IMG/VR virus record: IMGVR_UViG_3300032282_002789
Direction: 5' to 3' (one strand)
Origin: an uncultured virus (IMG/VR IMGVR_UViG_3300032282_002789)
Lineage: Duplodnaviria > Heunggongvirae > Uroviricota > Caudoviricetes
Length of the DNA stretch: 64,000 bases
Made by a program: the position numbers and the translations under genes. The notes beneath the pieces were generated by a model, which saw nothing but the letters and a program-made list of their open reading frames with translations, did not search any database and was not told where the DNA came from. Below are positions 30,206-39,880 of the stretch, piece by piece. Numbering within the stretch: position 1 is the first letter of the stretch; each line of letters starts with the position of its first letter.

Positions 30206-30711
30206 TGGATCCAGTAACACGTTATTACGGAATTTATCGTGGGATTGTAAAAGATATTAAAGACCCACAAAAACAACGACGGGTAAAAATATCTATTACT
30301 CAAACAACTGGAAATGAAGTAACTGATTGGGCATGGCCTATAGAGCCATCCAGTATCAGTACCGATGTTCCAGTTGTTGGTCAGGGTATTTGGGTTACTT
30401 TTATTGGTGGAGACCCCGATTATCCAGTGTGGTCTGGTGCTTTTGGTAAAAATCAAGGCAAAAATAAAAAAATATTTATTAAGCCATTGGACGATAAAAT
30501 TTCTTTAACTGGATTGACTGCACACATCATAACAACAAAACAATCAGATGGAACTACAGAAGTGGACTTAACTGCAACCCTTGTGGCTTTAGCCAATAAG
30601 ATCAAAACACTAGAAGGAAAAGTCTCTACTTTAGAGAGCACAGTAAGTACTTTAAAATCTACTTTAGCAACAAGAACTGCTGGTGGGCATACCCATACAA
30701 CCAATGGGTAG
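30205..30711 (+). CDS. baseplate spike (gpV/gp5 OB-fold)
   Basis: YRGIV...DP...WAWP...WVTFIGGDPDYPVW; C-terminal HTH (His-Thr-His) tip motif. Confidence 0.85.
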   Translation: MDPVTRYYGIYRGIVKDIKDPQKQRRVKISITQTTGNEVTDWAWPIEPSSISTDVPVVGQGIWVTFIGGDPDYPVWSGAFGKNQGKNKKIFIKPLDDKISLTGLTAHIITTKQSDGTTEVDLTATLVALANKIKTLEGKVSTLESTVSTLKSTLATRTAGGHTHTTNG

Positions 30712-30777
30712 GTAGTTAAGACAGTAAATCGGGGGCAAACAAGAGAAAATAGACCGTTAAGTCTGAGAGGAAAATAA

Positions 30778-31347
30778 GTGACAGCAGCATATCCCGCAAC
30801 GGTAAAGTCCTTTACTACAAAAGTTGACTTTGCTGACACAGTCCTGGCTGAGCATGTAAACAGTCTTCAAGAAGAAGTGAATTCATTACAGGCTAATCTT
30901 GGAACTTACATTAAAACAGGTTCTGGTTGGGTTGGAGATGTTGATTTTGTAACTACGTCTTGGAACACCTTAAAGGATCGCTTGGCAAATATTGAATACG
31001 GAATTAAAGACGTATACGACGACTATGTTTCTAAAGTTGGTGGAACCGTAATTGTTTCCGCAGCAAATGCAACTAAAAGCCTTGTTATACGAGCAAAAGC
31101 AAGTCAAACTGCAAATTTAATTGAATTTCAAACATCCGCATCGGCTGTTGTAACTAACGTTCAACCAGATGGAACCCTCTATACAAGAGGCAAGGAATTA
31201 GTACCAGTAATTTATGCAGCAACTCAACCAACTGGTTCAAATTTTGCGGCTGGAACTATATGGGTAGATTCATCTACTAATGTAGACGCAACAGCAGTAA
31301 CTGCTGGTGGATCATTGACCGATACCCTAATGTTAATGGGAGGTTAA
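30778..31347 (+). CDS. putative tail fibre/baseplate-attached protein
   Basis: AEHVNSLQEEV coil; GTIWVD; C-terminal LMLMGG. Confidence 0.6.
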   Translation: MTAAYPATVKSFTTKVDFADTVLAEHVNSLQEEVNSLQANLGTYIKTGSGWVGDVDFVTTSWNTLKDRLANIEYGIKDVYDDYVSKVGGTVIVSAANATKSLVIRAKASQTANLIEFQTSASAVVTNVQPDGTLYTRGKELVPVIYAATQPTGSNFAAGTIWVDSSTNVDATAVTAGGSLTDTLMLMGG

Positions 31348-31348
31348 T

Positions 31349-31732
31349 ATGGCAAAGGCTTCATATGTATGGACTGGAAGTGAATGGCTTGCTGTTGCCT
31401 CTGCATTTCCTACGGCACACCAAAGATTTATAAATAATAGCGCTGCAACAACCTACGCTCTTAGTGTAGACGACATCAGTAAAGCATTAGTGTTTACTAG
31501 TAGTAGTAGCATAACCTTAACAATACCAGCAGAAACAACCTACCCCTTTGTTGATGGACAAACTTTTGTAATTATTCAAAAGGGAAGTGGTGTTGTTACA
31601 GTTTCTGCTGCTGTTGGAGTTACAATTAGATCAAAGTCTAGTTACGTTAAAACTGCAGGTCAGTATTCTGAAGTTAGATTAATAAAAATCGGAACAAATG
31701 AATGGTTGTTATCTGGCGATTTGAGTTCGTAA
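31349..31732 (+). CDS. tail fibre-associated protein
   Basis: IIQKGSG.VT...GQYS...EWLLSGDL domain. Confidence 0.65.
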   Translation: MAKASYVWTGSEWLAVASAFPTAHQRFINNSAATTYALSVDDISKALVFTSSSSITLTIPAETTYPFVDGQTFVIIQKGSGVVTVSAAVGVTIRSKSSYVKTAGQYSEVRLIKIGTNEWLLSGDLSS

Positions 31733-31744
31733 GGATGGTAAATT

Positions 31745-33685
31745 GTGGCTAAATATGGTGTAAATTATTATGGATCATCTAAATACGGTGCTCTTGCAAA
31801 ACTTGCTTACTCTGTTGATCCTATGTCTGCTTTGGCATTGGACTTTTCAAGAATATTAATTTCGTGGCAAATTCCTCGTGGAACATTTACTCAAGTTAGA
31901 CTAGTAAGAAATCAGGCTGGGTACCCAGAAACATCTGAAGATGGGGTAATAGTTTTTGAAGAACAAGCAACGGAAGGAAATGTCTCACGGGCAGAGTTTG
32001 TAGACGGAGAAGATAACCCAAATGATATTCCGTTAGTCACGGGAAGACAAACCTATTATCGTTTTTTTATATTTACAAGTGAAAAAGTGTGGAGAATTGC
32101 TGGATCAATATCAACAGTTCTTCCAAAAAATCATGATGCTCAAAAAACTTTTATGAATATGTTACCCCGTGTTTACACAAGTGTTGAACAAAGTCCTTTT
32201 GGAGCAATAAATACTTCTTCTGTTTTATATAATTTTATAGACGGAATGTTATTTACTCAAGAAGAGTTCCTAACTAAACTAGATCTATTAAAGCCAAAAC
32301 ACACTGGGTTAGAAACCCCTATTGAAATCATTCCTTTAGAAACGGCAAATTACGGATTAACATACGAACCCACACTTCCAACTAAAAATCAAAAAAGACT
32401 TGTACGAGAAGCGCTATATATGTATTATAGAAAAGGAACTAAACTTGCTTTAGAAACTTATTGCGAATCATTAATTGGGTTTGCTCCAACAATCGTAGTG
32501 TCTAAAAATTTGTTATTAAGCGTTCAAGATTCCACCTTTTATAAAGGTATTGGAAATTGGGTTGCAAGCAATGCAACCTTAACATCGAGTACTGAACAAA
32601 CTCCTGATTCTAATATTAATCAAATTGACACTGTGTATACTGGAAAAATTGTTGCAAGCAACTCAGGTAGTGCAGTTCTTGGTGCTTCTGACATTATTAC
32701 TAAAGGAATACCTGTTACACCTTCTACTCAATACATTGTTTCTTGTAAGTTAAAATGCCCAGCAAGTTCTGGTAATATAACTTTATCTGTTAGGTATTAT
32801 GATAAATACGGAGTTGCAACATCGTCTGCAAATACTGCAACAACGGTTGCCGCAAATAATACTTGGAAATCATCAAACGTCACTTCTACCTCCGACGCTA
32901 CCTCAGTCTATGCAATTGTAACTATTGCATACAGTGCTGCTGGAACTTACTATATTGATCAGGTATGTATGCAGACAGGAGCCTCAGTAGTTTATGACGA
33001 GGCCCGTAGTATTGACATCTTTTTAAATCCAAAAAAATCTAACTTAATTAAAAACCCTTCATTTGAAGTTAACGTAACAGATAATTGGACAAAGAGTGGA
33101 TTAGCAACTGTTACTCAAGATAACAGTGTTTCTGATTTAGCATATTCAGGAACAAAGAGCGCTAAGATTGTTGCTACAGGTGCTTGGACGTTAACCTCTA
33201 ATGCAATGCCAATTACAAATGGTATTTTTTATACAGCCTCTGGATTATTTAAGGCTACAACAAATTTAACTGTAAAATTAATTGGAAGAAATACTGGGGG
33301 AACTATAGTAGGAACTATTAGTGAGCATCCTTTGGGAACTGCGGCTAATTGGTCAAGGTTTACGTCTACCGTATTAACCGATGCGTCTCTTTCTGAAGCA
33401 AAAACTTATGAAGTAGTTGTTTCTGGTGGTTCTGGTACCTTTTACTTAGACTGTATACAGTTTGAAAAAAGCCCAACAGCAACGGATTACTTCGATGGTT
33501 CTTTGCCAACTGATTTTGGCGCTGTGTGGGAGAGCACTGAGAACAATTCTTACTCCCATTTATACCCAAACAAACCTCAAAAGGTGCAAAGACTGGGTAA
33601 TAACCTAAATGATTGGGTCCCTGCAAACACCTTTTGGCGCCTACGCACATACGGCGGAGTGGAGTACACGACTACTACGGTGTAG
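31745..33685 (+). CDS. baseplate gpI-like protein with carbohydrate-binding-like domains
   Basis: LPRVY, YYRKGT, NLIKNPSFE, YLDCIQFE, YFDG motifs. Confidence 0.7.
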   Translation: MAKYGVNYYGSSKYGALAKLAYSVDPMSALALDFSRILISWQIPRGTFTQVRLVRNQAGYPETSEDGVIVFEEQATEGNVSRAEFVDGEDNPNDIPLVTGRQTYYRFFIFTSEKVWRIAGSISTVLPKNHDAQKTFMNMLPRVYTSVEQSPFGAINTSSVLYNFIDGMLFTQEEFLTKLDLLKPKHTGLETPIEIIPLETANYGLTYEPTLPTKNQKRLVREALYMYYRKGTKLALETYCESLIGFAPTIVVSKNLLLSVQDSTFYKGIGNWVASNATLTSSTEQTPDSNINQIDTVYTGKIVASNSGSAVLGASDIITKGIPVTPSTQYIVSCKLKCPASSGNITLSVRYYDKYGVATSSANTATTVAANNTWKSSNVTSTSDATSVYAIVTIAYSAAGTYYIDQVCMQTGASVVYDEARSIDIFLNPKKSNLIKNPSFEVNVTDNWTKSGLATVTQDNSVSDLAYSGTKSAKIVATGAWTLTSNAMPITNGIFYTASGLFKATTNLTVKLIGRNTGGTIVGTISEHPLGTAANWSRFTSTVLTDASLSEAKTYEVVVSGGSGTFYLDCIQFEKSPTATDYFDGSLPTDFGAVWESTENNSYSHLYPNKPQKVQRLGNNLNDWVPANTFWRLRTYGGVEYTTTTV

Positions 33686-33695
33686 GATCCTGTCT

Positions 33696-33977
33696 ATGAC
33701 TATAGACATGGTTATATCCGTAATACTCACAGGAATGGCAGTTACTTATGTAATTGAATTCCTAGATTTATTTATTTCTGGCTTTATTACTAAGCCAACA
33801 TTAAACAAATACTTTGCACTTCCCCTTAGTTTCTTGGGGCTTTGGTCACACTTAAGTGTGGAGACCGATTTTATAGTGCTGGTTCCGTCAGTAACATTTG
33901 TTTCATTAGCCATTGGCATGTATCTTAATCGTCCAGTAGTTGTAAAAGCACCTACTAGATTATCTCAAACTCTATAG
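33696..33977 (+). CDS. small multi-pass membrane protein (holin candidate)
   Basis: three hydrophobic segments; follows the tail module. Confidence 0.5.
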   Translation: MTIDMVISVILTGMAVTYVIEFLDLFISGFITKPTLNKYFALPLSFLGLWSHLSVETDFIVLVPSVTFVSLAIGMYLNRPVVVKAPTRLSQTL

Positions 33978-33985
33978 GGGGCTAA

Positions 33986-34564
33986 ATGAATATTGCTGTT
34001 GTTTCTTTTGAAGACGTATGTGTGGATGAGGGAGTAACTGCTCTTCTAAATAAATACGGCAAAGAAGTTAATGTATTTATTCCAGTAACGGGAAATGAAA
34101 ACCACTTTGCAGAGAGCGTCATAAGCACATGTAAAGAACATGGAGTAAAGACCACCTGCTTTATAAACAATGCAACAGACCTAGATCACATTCTGGTAGA
34201 TGCTGACGACATTGTAATAACAGACAACCCTGTAAAGGAAATGATTCGTCAAATAACCGTCAACGATGTCTTGGGCATTGTTTGGGATAACTCTCCCATG
34301 TCCCATTTTCTCTTGAGCGCCGTAGAAGATTTTGGCATAGAGACGTGGGACATAACCGATGGACTTGATAAGATAGAAATTGATTACACAGATGAACCAG
34401 TTGAGATTATTCGGGAACGAATGATTGAGAGTATGAATATCTTTGTGGAACACATGGCTGACTACGTCATGACATCTGTCCTAGAAGTTTTATCTGATGA
34501 AGTGGCCAAACGCATCCTGGAGGATGGGAAGGAAATAGACCCTTTTAAGGACAAGGACCTGTGA
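33986..34564 (+). CDS. hypothetical acidic protein
   Basis: 192-aa ORF with AGGGGG SD. Confidence 0.7.
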   Translation: MNIAVVSFEDVCVDEGVTALLNKYGKEVNVFIPVTGNENHFAESVISTCKEHGVKTTCFINNATDLDHILVDADDIVITDNPVKEMIRQITVNDVLGIVWDNSPMSHFLLSAVEDFGIETWDITDGLDKIEIDYTDEPVEIIRERMIESMNIFVEHMADYVMTSVLEVLSDEVAKRILEDGKEIDPFKDKDL

Positions 34565-35517
34565 AAATCCCTTCAGAGGCTTTTTCAACCCCATTGACCG
34601 ATTATCAGTTCCGACTGATGGTTGTAATCTGCCAGTTAGCGGGCTCCAAAGGCCGTTTTAAGACCTCCGTAACAGAGTTGTGTAGACAGACTAACAAAAG
34701 TTCAGATAGAACCGTTAGAACAGCCCTCAAAGCCTTAGAGAAACATGGGCTTATACTTAGAACCCCCAGCAAAAGGGCTAATGGATTCAAGGGGATGGAT
34801 ACCTACGAAGTGGTGTATAAAAATTACCGCACTGAAGATTACCGCACCTCACATGACTATAGGTCAGATAGCCAATCTACTAATAAGCCATTAGTACCTA
34901 ATAGACAAATAAGTAATAAATTAAAAGATATTGAAACCAAAGGTTTCATGAGAGAGATACGAGTACCTATGAGAAAATGGGAAGATGATGGAAATGATCT
35001 GGCAGGCTTTGGACTCGTCGAACCGAAAGATGCGCCACAGCCTAAGATCCGCAAATCCGATCCTAAGACTAGGGGACGACGACCAGAGCACGAGTGGACC
35101 CCGATGGATGTCGCTGCAGAGTTTTCTTTTCGTGTCGGGCGCAAGTATCCCTTACTCCCTGGAACAGTTAGCGTCAAGCAACTCTCAGGAGCACTCGCCA
35201 AGTTCAGAAAGCAGTACGACACCAACGCCCTAATTGAGTTAGAGTTGCTACGACTCTTCATGGCAGATGAACGAAACTTTAAAGATATTGGCAGTGAAGC
35301 CCCACTTCTGTATAAGATGTACCTATCTTCATTTGGCAAGAAGATGAATCAAGCCAGAGAAAATCTTGGCCTTAATAAAATTAACGCCCCAACTGATACA
35401 ACAGTTAAGATGGGAACGTTACAAGCAAGTGATGGACGTACTTTCCAGAATTCACTTTCTGGTAGAGCACAACTAGTAAGATACGAACAACGACTAAAGG
35501 AGAATGCAAATGGCTAA
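34561..35517 (+). CDS. HTH replication initiator-like protein
   Basis: N-terminal winged HTH (SDRTVRTALKALEKHGLI); upstream of loader and helicase. Confidence 0.7.
   Translation: MKIPSEAFSTPLTDYQFRLMVVICQLAGSKGRFKTSVTELCRQTNKSSDRTVRTALKALEKHGLILRTPSKRANGFKGMDTYEVVYKNYRTEDYRTSHDYRSDSQSTNKPLVPNRQISNKLKDIETKGFMREIRVPMRKWEDDGNDLAGFGLVEPKDAPQPKIRKSDPKTRGRRPEHEWTPMDVAAEFSFRVGRKYPLLPGTVSVKQLSGALAKFRKQYDTNALIELELLRLFMADERNFKDIGSEAPLLYKMYLSSFGKKMNQARENLGLNKINAPTDTTVKMGTLQASDGRTFQNSLSGRAQLVRYEQRLKENANG
34823..34847 (+). repeat. ATTACCGCAC x2 direct repeat (iteron candidate)
   Basis: copies at 34823 and 34838, followed by an A/T-rich tract. Confidence 0.55.
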
Positions 35518-35794
35518 AAAAGTAGTAAAGACATTTACCGCAAATCTAAACAAGAACACTGAAAAGGGTGGCGCATGGTTGGCCACAGTATCAATTGAGA
35601 CCAATGGAATTGAAGGAATTGATATGTTCCTACAGACCGCATGGTCAAATGCATCAGCAGGCAAGCGATGGGTCAAGAGCCAAGTGCAAGCACTTACACC
35701 ACGCAAGAGCGTGAAGATGATTGCAGGCGAAGGCAAAGACGCAAAGGGCAAGCCAACTTCATTTGTTGGTGTTGTAACTTTTAAATCTGAATAA
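35504..35794 (+). CDS. hypothetical protein
   Basis: AAGGAG SD; start may be 35510. Confidence 0.7.
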   Translation: MQMAKKVVKTFTANLNKNTEKGGAWLATVSIETNGIEGIDMFLQTAWSNASAGKRWVKSQVQALTPRKSVKMIAGEGKDAKGKPTSFVGVVTFKSE

Positions 35795-35943
35795 TGCTCG
35801 AGTTCAGTTTCTTCTGTCCAAGTTGTAAAAAGAAAGTTCAAGGTGTTGCAACTGAACGAGATAGTATGAGTTTAGATCTTAAGTGTTACTCTTGTAATGC
35901 TGATTGGGAAAAAGTTGTAGTAGATAGAGGGGCAGATGAATAA
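35794..35943 (+). CDS. small zinc-ribbon protein
   Basis: manual translation; CPSC...CYSC; TAATG coupling. Confidence 0.65.
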   Translation: MLEFSFFCPSCKKKVQGVATERDSMSLDLKCYSCNADWEKVVVDRGADE

Positions 35944-36082
35944 CAGATTAATTTATCCAACTAATAATAAAGCGCTTAGATTTTTTGGCGATGTAATGAT
36001 TATGGTTGGTTCTTGGATCCTACATATAGGTATGCGTTATGGCGGTATGTACGAGTACGAGTTTGAAGACGACGATGTATGA
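35936..36082 (+). CDS. small putative membrane peptide
   Basis: manual translation, 48 aa; hydrophobic core, acidic tail. Confidence 0.5.
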   Translation: MNNRLIYPTNNKALRFFGDVMIMVGSWILHIGMRYGGMYEYEFEDDDV

Positions 36083-36797
36083 CATCAATTCGCTATCTGC
36101 TTTAAAGAAGCACTGGCTACTTCGTAACTCCAATATCCCACGTCGCTTCCTCGGCCTTGAGCCACAAGACCTTGTGGACAGAGCAGGATCATTCCCTGAC
36201 GAGGTGACTACGTGGATAGATGACTGCGTGAGCGGTCAAGTCATCAAGCAGATTGGCAACATCGGAGTAAATGGCGTTGGCCTCCTATTTGATGGCGGAC
36301 CTGGAATTGGGAAGACCACACATGCAGTAGTTGCTGCTATGGAGTTTGTTCGTAGGCTTCCTAACAACGATGCCGATGCTGCAAAAGTTTTGGGAATGAG
36401 TGCCTCTGACTTTGGGATTGGTGCTCGCCCAATTTATTACATGACATACCCAGAATTTTTATCCAAGAAAAAATCTACTTTCGACGCAGACTTTGACGAT
36501 AAGAAGCAGTCTGTATATGAGATTGATGGATTTCATGGCAGATCTAAGTTTGATTGGTTAAATGTTCGTATTCTCGTAATTGATGACTTAGGAAAAGAAT
36601 ACGGTTCAAAGTACGATGACACCTCATTTGATGAGATACTCCGTCTTAGATACGACAAGGCTCTACCAACTATTGTTACCACGAATGTTGGGTTAGAGAA
36701 TTGGGAAGCAGTGTACAAAGAAGCAATGGCAAGTTTTGCCCACGAAGCCTTTGTTAGAGTCCCAATAGTTGGAGCAGATTTACGAGCCGCACAATGA
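36075..36797 (+). CDS. DnaC/IstB-like AAA+ helicase loader
   Basis: GGPGIGKT Walker A, ILVIDDLGKE, LPTIVTTN. Confidence 0.9.
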   Translation: MYDINSLSALKKHWLLRNSNIPRRFLGLEPQDLVDRAGSFPDEVTTWIDDCVSGQVIKQIGNIGVNGVGLLFDGGPGIGKTTHAVVAAMEFVRRLPNNDADAAKVLGMSASDFGIGARPIYYMTYPEFLSKKKSTFDADFDDKKQSVYEIDGFHGRSKFDWLNVRILVIDDLGKEYGSKYDDTSFDEILRLRYDKALPTIVTTNVGLENWEAVYKEAMASFAHEAFVRVPIVGADLRAAQ

Positions 36798-37102
36798 AGG
36801 GAATGAGCATGGAGAGCCCATGGAGGACTGTTCAACTGTTTATCTCTTCGCAGGCTGCTGGCGTGTTTGAGGTTGAGGTAGACACTAAGACTAAGCGCAT
36901 CAGATGTAATTGTCCCGTCTGGAAAAAGACGCTCAACTGTAAACACATTAACTTTATAAATAACAAGATGCGTATTAATAACGGCAACTACTCAATACTA
37001 GTTCCAAGTGAAGTGCCAGAAGAATTGGCAATGGAAGCAAACGACGATCCAGCAAAGTTTCGTGAGTTTGTTATTAAGTATGCTAAAGTCGAGGTACTAT
37101 GA
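36794..37102 (+). CDS. SWIM zinc-finger protein
   Basis: CNCP...CKH. Confidence 0.75.
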   Translation: MKGMSMESPWRTVQLFISSQAAGVFEVEVDTKTKRIRCNCPVWKKTLNCKHINFINNKMRINNGNYSILVPSEVPEELAMEANDDPAKFREFVIKYAKVEVL

Positions 37103-37515
37103 AAAATGGAGACATATCAAACGTCTCCTCTCCGCAAGTCATTTGTGTAACAGATGTAGTAATTAACTTAGTAGAAGAAGCAACTGGAAAACTTTTTTTT
37201 ACAAAAGTTGGTTATAAATTAGGTGACATACAGTTAGAGGGGGCGCACAGACTTTGGAAATTATCTAATGACTACGGCATCTCATTAGAGTTGGCTGGTT
37301 ACGCAGACTTAGGTTGGAGTGACGAGTTACTAGAAAAAGCCTTTGAAAAATTAGAACGAGAAGTTGTTAATCCATTTAACTACTGGCAGTTATACGCTGA
37401 TCCATCTGAGTTAGTAAGGAAACTTCCATACCGTGCTAATCTTCGAGGCATAGTAGATATACCAGGCAGGGTAGCAAGATACGGATCAGCAGGAGTAGAA
37501 CTAAAGAACTTGTAA
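37099..37515 (+). CDS. hypothetical protein (possibly degenerate HAD-like)
   Basis: 138-aa coupled ORF; weak resemblance only. Confidence 0.55.
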   Translation: MKNGDISNVSSPQVICVTDVVINLVEEATGKLFFTKVGYKLGDIQLEGAHRLWKLSNDYGISLELAGYADLGWSDELLEKAFEKLEREVVNPFNYWQLYADPSELVRKLPYRANLRGIVDIPGRVARYGSAGVELKNL

Positions 37516-37527
37516 GAGGGGAGCAAA

Positions 37528-38778
37528 ATGGCGGCGGATAACGAACACCGTTTAGTAAGTAAAGTAATACGAGACCGAGACATCATCCCTGCATTACAGC
37601 GGGGTGTAAATGATGCTTGGTTCTTAGATGATGATAATAAAAGAGTCTGGGCTTTTGTTCGCAAACATTACACAGATTACAACGAAGTTCCTACAGCAGT
37701 AACTGTTAAAGATCATTATCCAAACTTTAAAGTATTAGATGTAGAAGATACTGTTGATTACCTCTTAGACACAATGGTGGATTTCCGTCGTCGGTTACTT
37801 ACTCGTCAAGGATTAGAAGCAGCCATTGGACAACTGCAAGACAATAACCATGACGCTGCTCTTCTTGCAATGGAAGCAACAATTGCAAAAGTTAATGAAC
37901 AAGGCATTCTTGGAATTCACGAACTAGATTTAAGTAAGAATACAGAGGAGCGTTACAAAGAATATAAAGCATTACAAAACCAAGAGTTCTTAGGAATACC
38001 TACTGGCTTTACAAAGATTGATGAAGCAACTGCTGGGTTACAAGGCGGACAATTAATTACAATAATTGCTCCACCTAAAACAGGTAAGTCTCAGATTGCT
38101 TTAAAGATGGCAATTAATGTTCATCAACAAGGTTACGTCCCAATGTTTCAATCATTTGAAATGAATAACCACGAACAACAACAACGCCACGATGCTATGA
38201 GAGCAAACATATCTCATGGCCGTTTACGTAGGGGAAAATTATTACCACCAGAAGAAGATCGTTATGTAGATATATTAAACGCTATGGAAAAAGAACGCTC
38301 ATTCCATTTAATTGACGCAGTCAATGGAATTACGGTCTCAGCATTAGCGGCAAAGATTGAGCAAACAAAACCAGACATAGTATTTGTTGATGGTGTTTAT
38401 TTAATGCTTGATGAAATTAGTGGTGAGATGAATACTCCACAGGCTATCACAAACGTAACCCGTGCTTTAAAACGATTGGCACAAAAGATTAATAAACCAG
38501 TAATTATTACTACACAAACCTTGCTTTGGAAGATGCGTGCTGGAAAAGTTACCGCAGATTCTATTGGTTACTCTTCTTCATTTTTCCAAGATTCAGATGT
38601 AATCTTAGGCCTAGAACCAGTAGAAGAAGACGAAGACATTAGATTATTAAAAATTGTTGCAAGCCGTAACTGTGGCCCAAGTGAAACTGCTTTAACTTGG
38701 CGTTGGGAAACAGGTTGTTTTCACGATGAAGAACAGATGTTGAAATGTAGATTCTGCACCGATTGGAGCAGGGTGTGA
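37528..38778 (+). CDS. dnaB: replicative helicase, DnaB family
   Basis: GIPTGF..ID, APPKTGKS, SFEM, VFVDGVYL, FQDSD. Confidence 0.92.
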   Translation: MAADNEHRLVSKVIRDRDIIPALQRGVNDAWFLDDDNKRVWAFVRKHYTDYNEVPTAVTVKDHYPNFKVLDVEDTVDYLLDTMVDFRRRLLTRQGLEAAIGQLQDNNHDAALLAMEATIAKVNEQGILGIHELDLSKNTEERYKEYKALQNQEFLGIPTGFTKIDEATAGLQGGQLITIIAPPKTGKSQIALKMAINVHQQGYVPMFQSFEMNNHEQQQRHDAMRANISHGRLRRGKLLPPEEDRYVDILNAMEKERSFHLIDAVNGITVSALAAKIEQTKPDIVFVDGVYLMLDEISGEMNTPQAITNVTRALKRLAQKINKPVIITTQTLLWKMRAGKVTADSIGYSSSFFQDSDVILGLEPVEEDEDIRLLKIVASRNCGPSETALTWRWETGCFHDEEQMLKCRFCTDWSRV

Positions 38779-39710
38779 TAGATGTAGAACGTGTCTTACT
38801 GTCTTTAGAGTTACAACTGTTTGCTCAACGTGGAGCAGAAGTAAACGGTCTCTGTCCTATGCATAAAGCCAGAACAGGAAAAGAAGATCACCACCCATCT
38901 TGGTGGATTAATTCCGAATCTGGTGCACACATATGTTTTTCTTGTGGGTATAAAGGAAATATTTATACATTAGTTTCTGACATAAAAGGAATTAATTATC
39001 ATGATGCTCGTGATTATGTAAACGATAAAGAAGATATGCCAATAGATTCTTTAATGAAAAGAATTCAAGAACTTCCTCAATACGTTCAAGCAGATCCAGA
39101 ACAAATACCTATGTCGGAGGCTCGACTTGCCGTGTATACCGACGCACCAGATATAGAATTAAAGAAAAGATTTTTAAAAAGAGAATCAGTAAATACTCAC
39201 GGTGTTCGTTGGGATACAAAAAATGAATCTTGGATTCTACCAATTAGAGATCCAGATAATGCCTCTCTTTGGGGTTGGCAAGAAAAAGGGGCTCGTGGTA
39301 GGTTCTTCAAGAATCAACCAGCGGGAGTAAAAAAATCTAAAACTGTATTTGGAGTTCACATTATGGATTTGTCTAATGCTTTAATGGTTGTTGAATCCCC
39401 ATTAGATGCGGTCCGTCTTACAGGGTTGGGTCACAATGCCATCTCTACTTTTGGTGCAATCATAGGTGAAGATCAAGCAAAAATTATGAGACGTGTTTCT
39501 AAAGTTATAGCAGCATTTGATAATGATAAGGCTGGTCATACTGCCAATGAACAAATGCGGAGTTTTTCTAGAAAATATGGAATGGAACTTTCTTACTTTA
39601 ACTACACGGGCATTGATGTTAAAGATGTTGGAGATATGACTGAAAAAGAAATTGAACGTGGCATACAAACAGCACGAACATCTGTATTGGGTAAAGCAGC
39701 ATATTTATGA
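38775..39710 (+). CDS. dnaG: DNA primase (zinc finger + TOPRIM)
   Basis: CPMH...CFSC, VVESPLD, AFDNDKAG, KDVGD. Confidence 0.9.
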   Translation: MIDVERVLLSLELQLFAQRGAEVNGLCPMHKARTGKEDHHPSWWINSESGAHICFSCGYKGNIYTLVSDIKGINYHDARDYVNDKEDMPIDSLMKRIQELPQYVQADPEQIPMSEARLAVYTDAPDIELKKRFLKRESVNTHGVRWDTKNESWILPIRDPDNASLWGWQEKGARGRFFKNQPAGVKKSKTVFGVHIMDLSNALMVVESPLDAVRLTGLGHNAISTFGAIIGEDQAKIMRRVSKVIAAFDNDKAGHTANEQMRSFSRKYGMELSYFNYTGIDVKDVGDMTEKEIERGIQTARTSVLGKAAYL

Positions 39711-39880
39711 TGGATCTGCGGGATAAAGATACGCCTTTAGAAGTGTGCATCTGTGGCTCTACTTTGTGGAATGTAAAAGCAATGTTTGAAGATGGCGAAA
39801 TTTCTCTATACATGTTAGATATGGAGTGTGCTTTGTGCGGTTCATTAGCAATCGCCCCAACGCCAATAGATAATGTTTAA
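39710..39880 (+). CDS. small Cys4 protein (actinophage-type)
   Basis: manual translation MDLRD...CICGS...ECALCG...APTPID. Confidence 0.7.
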   Translation: MDLRDKDTPLEVCICGSTLWNVKAMFEDGEISLYMLDMECALCGSLAIAPTPIDNV

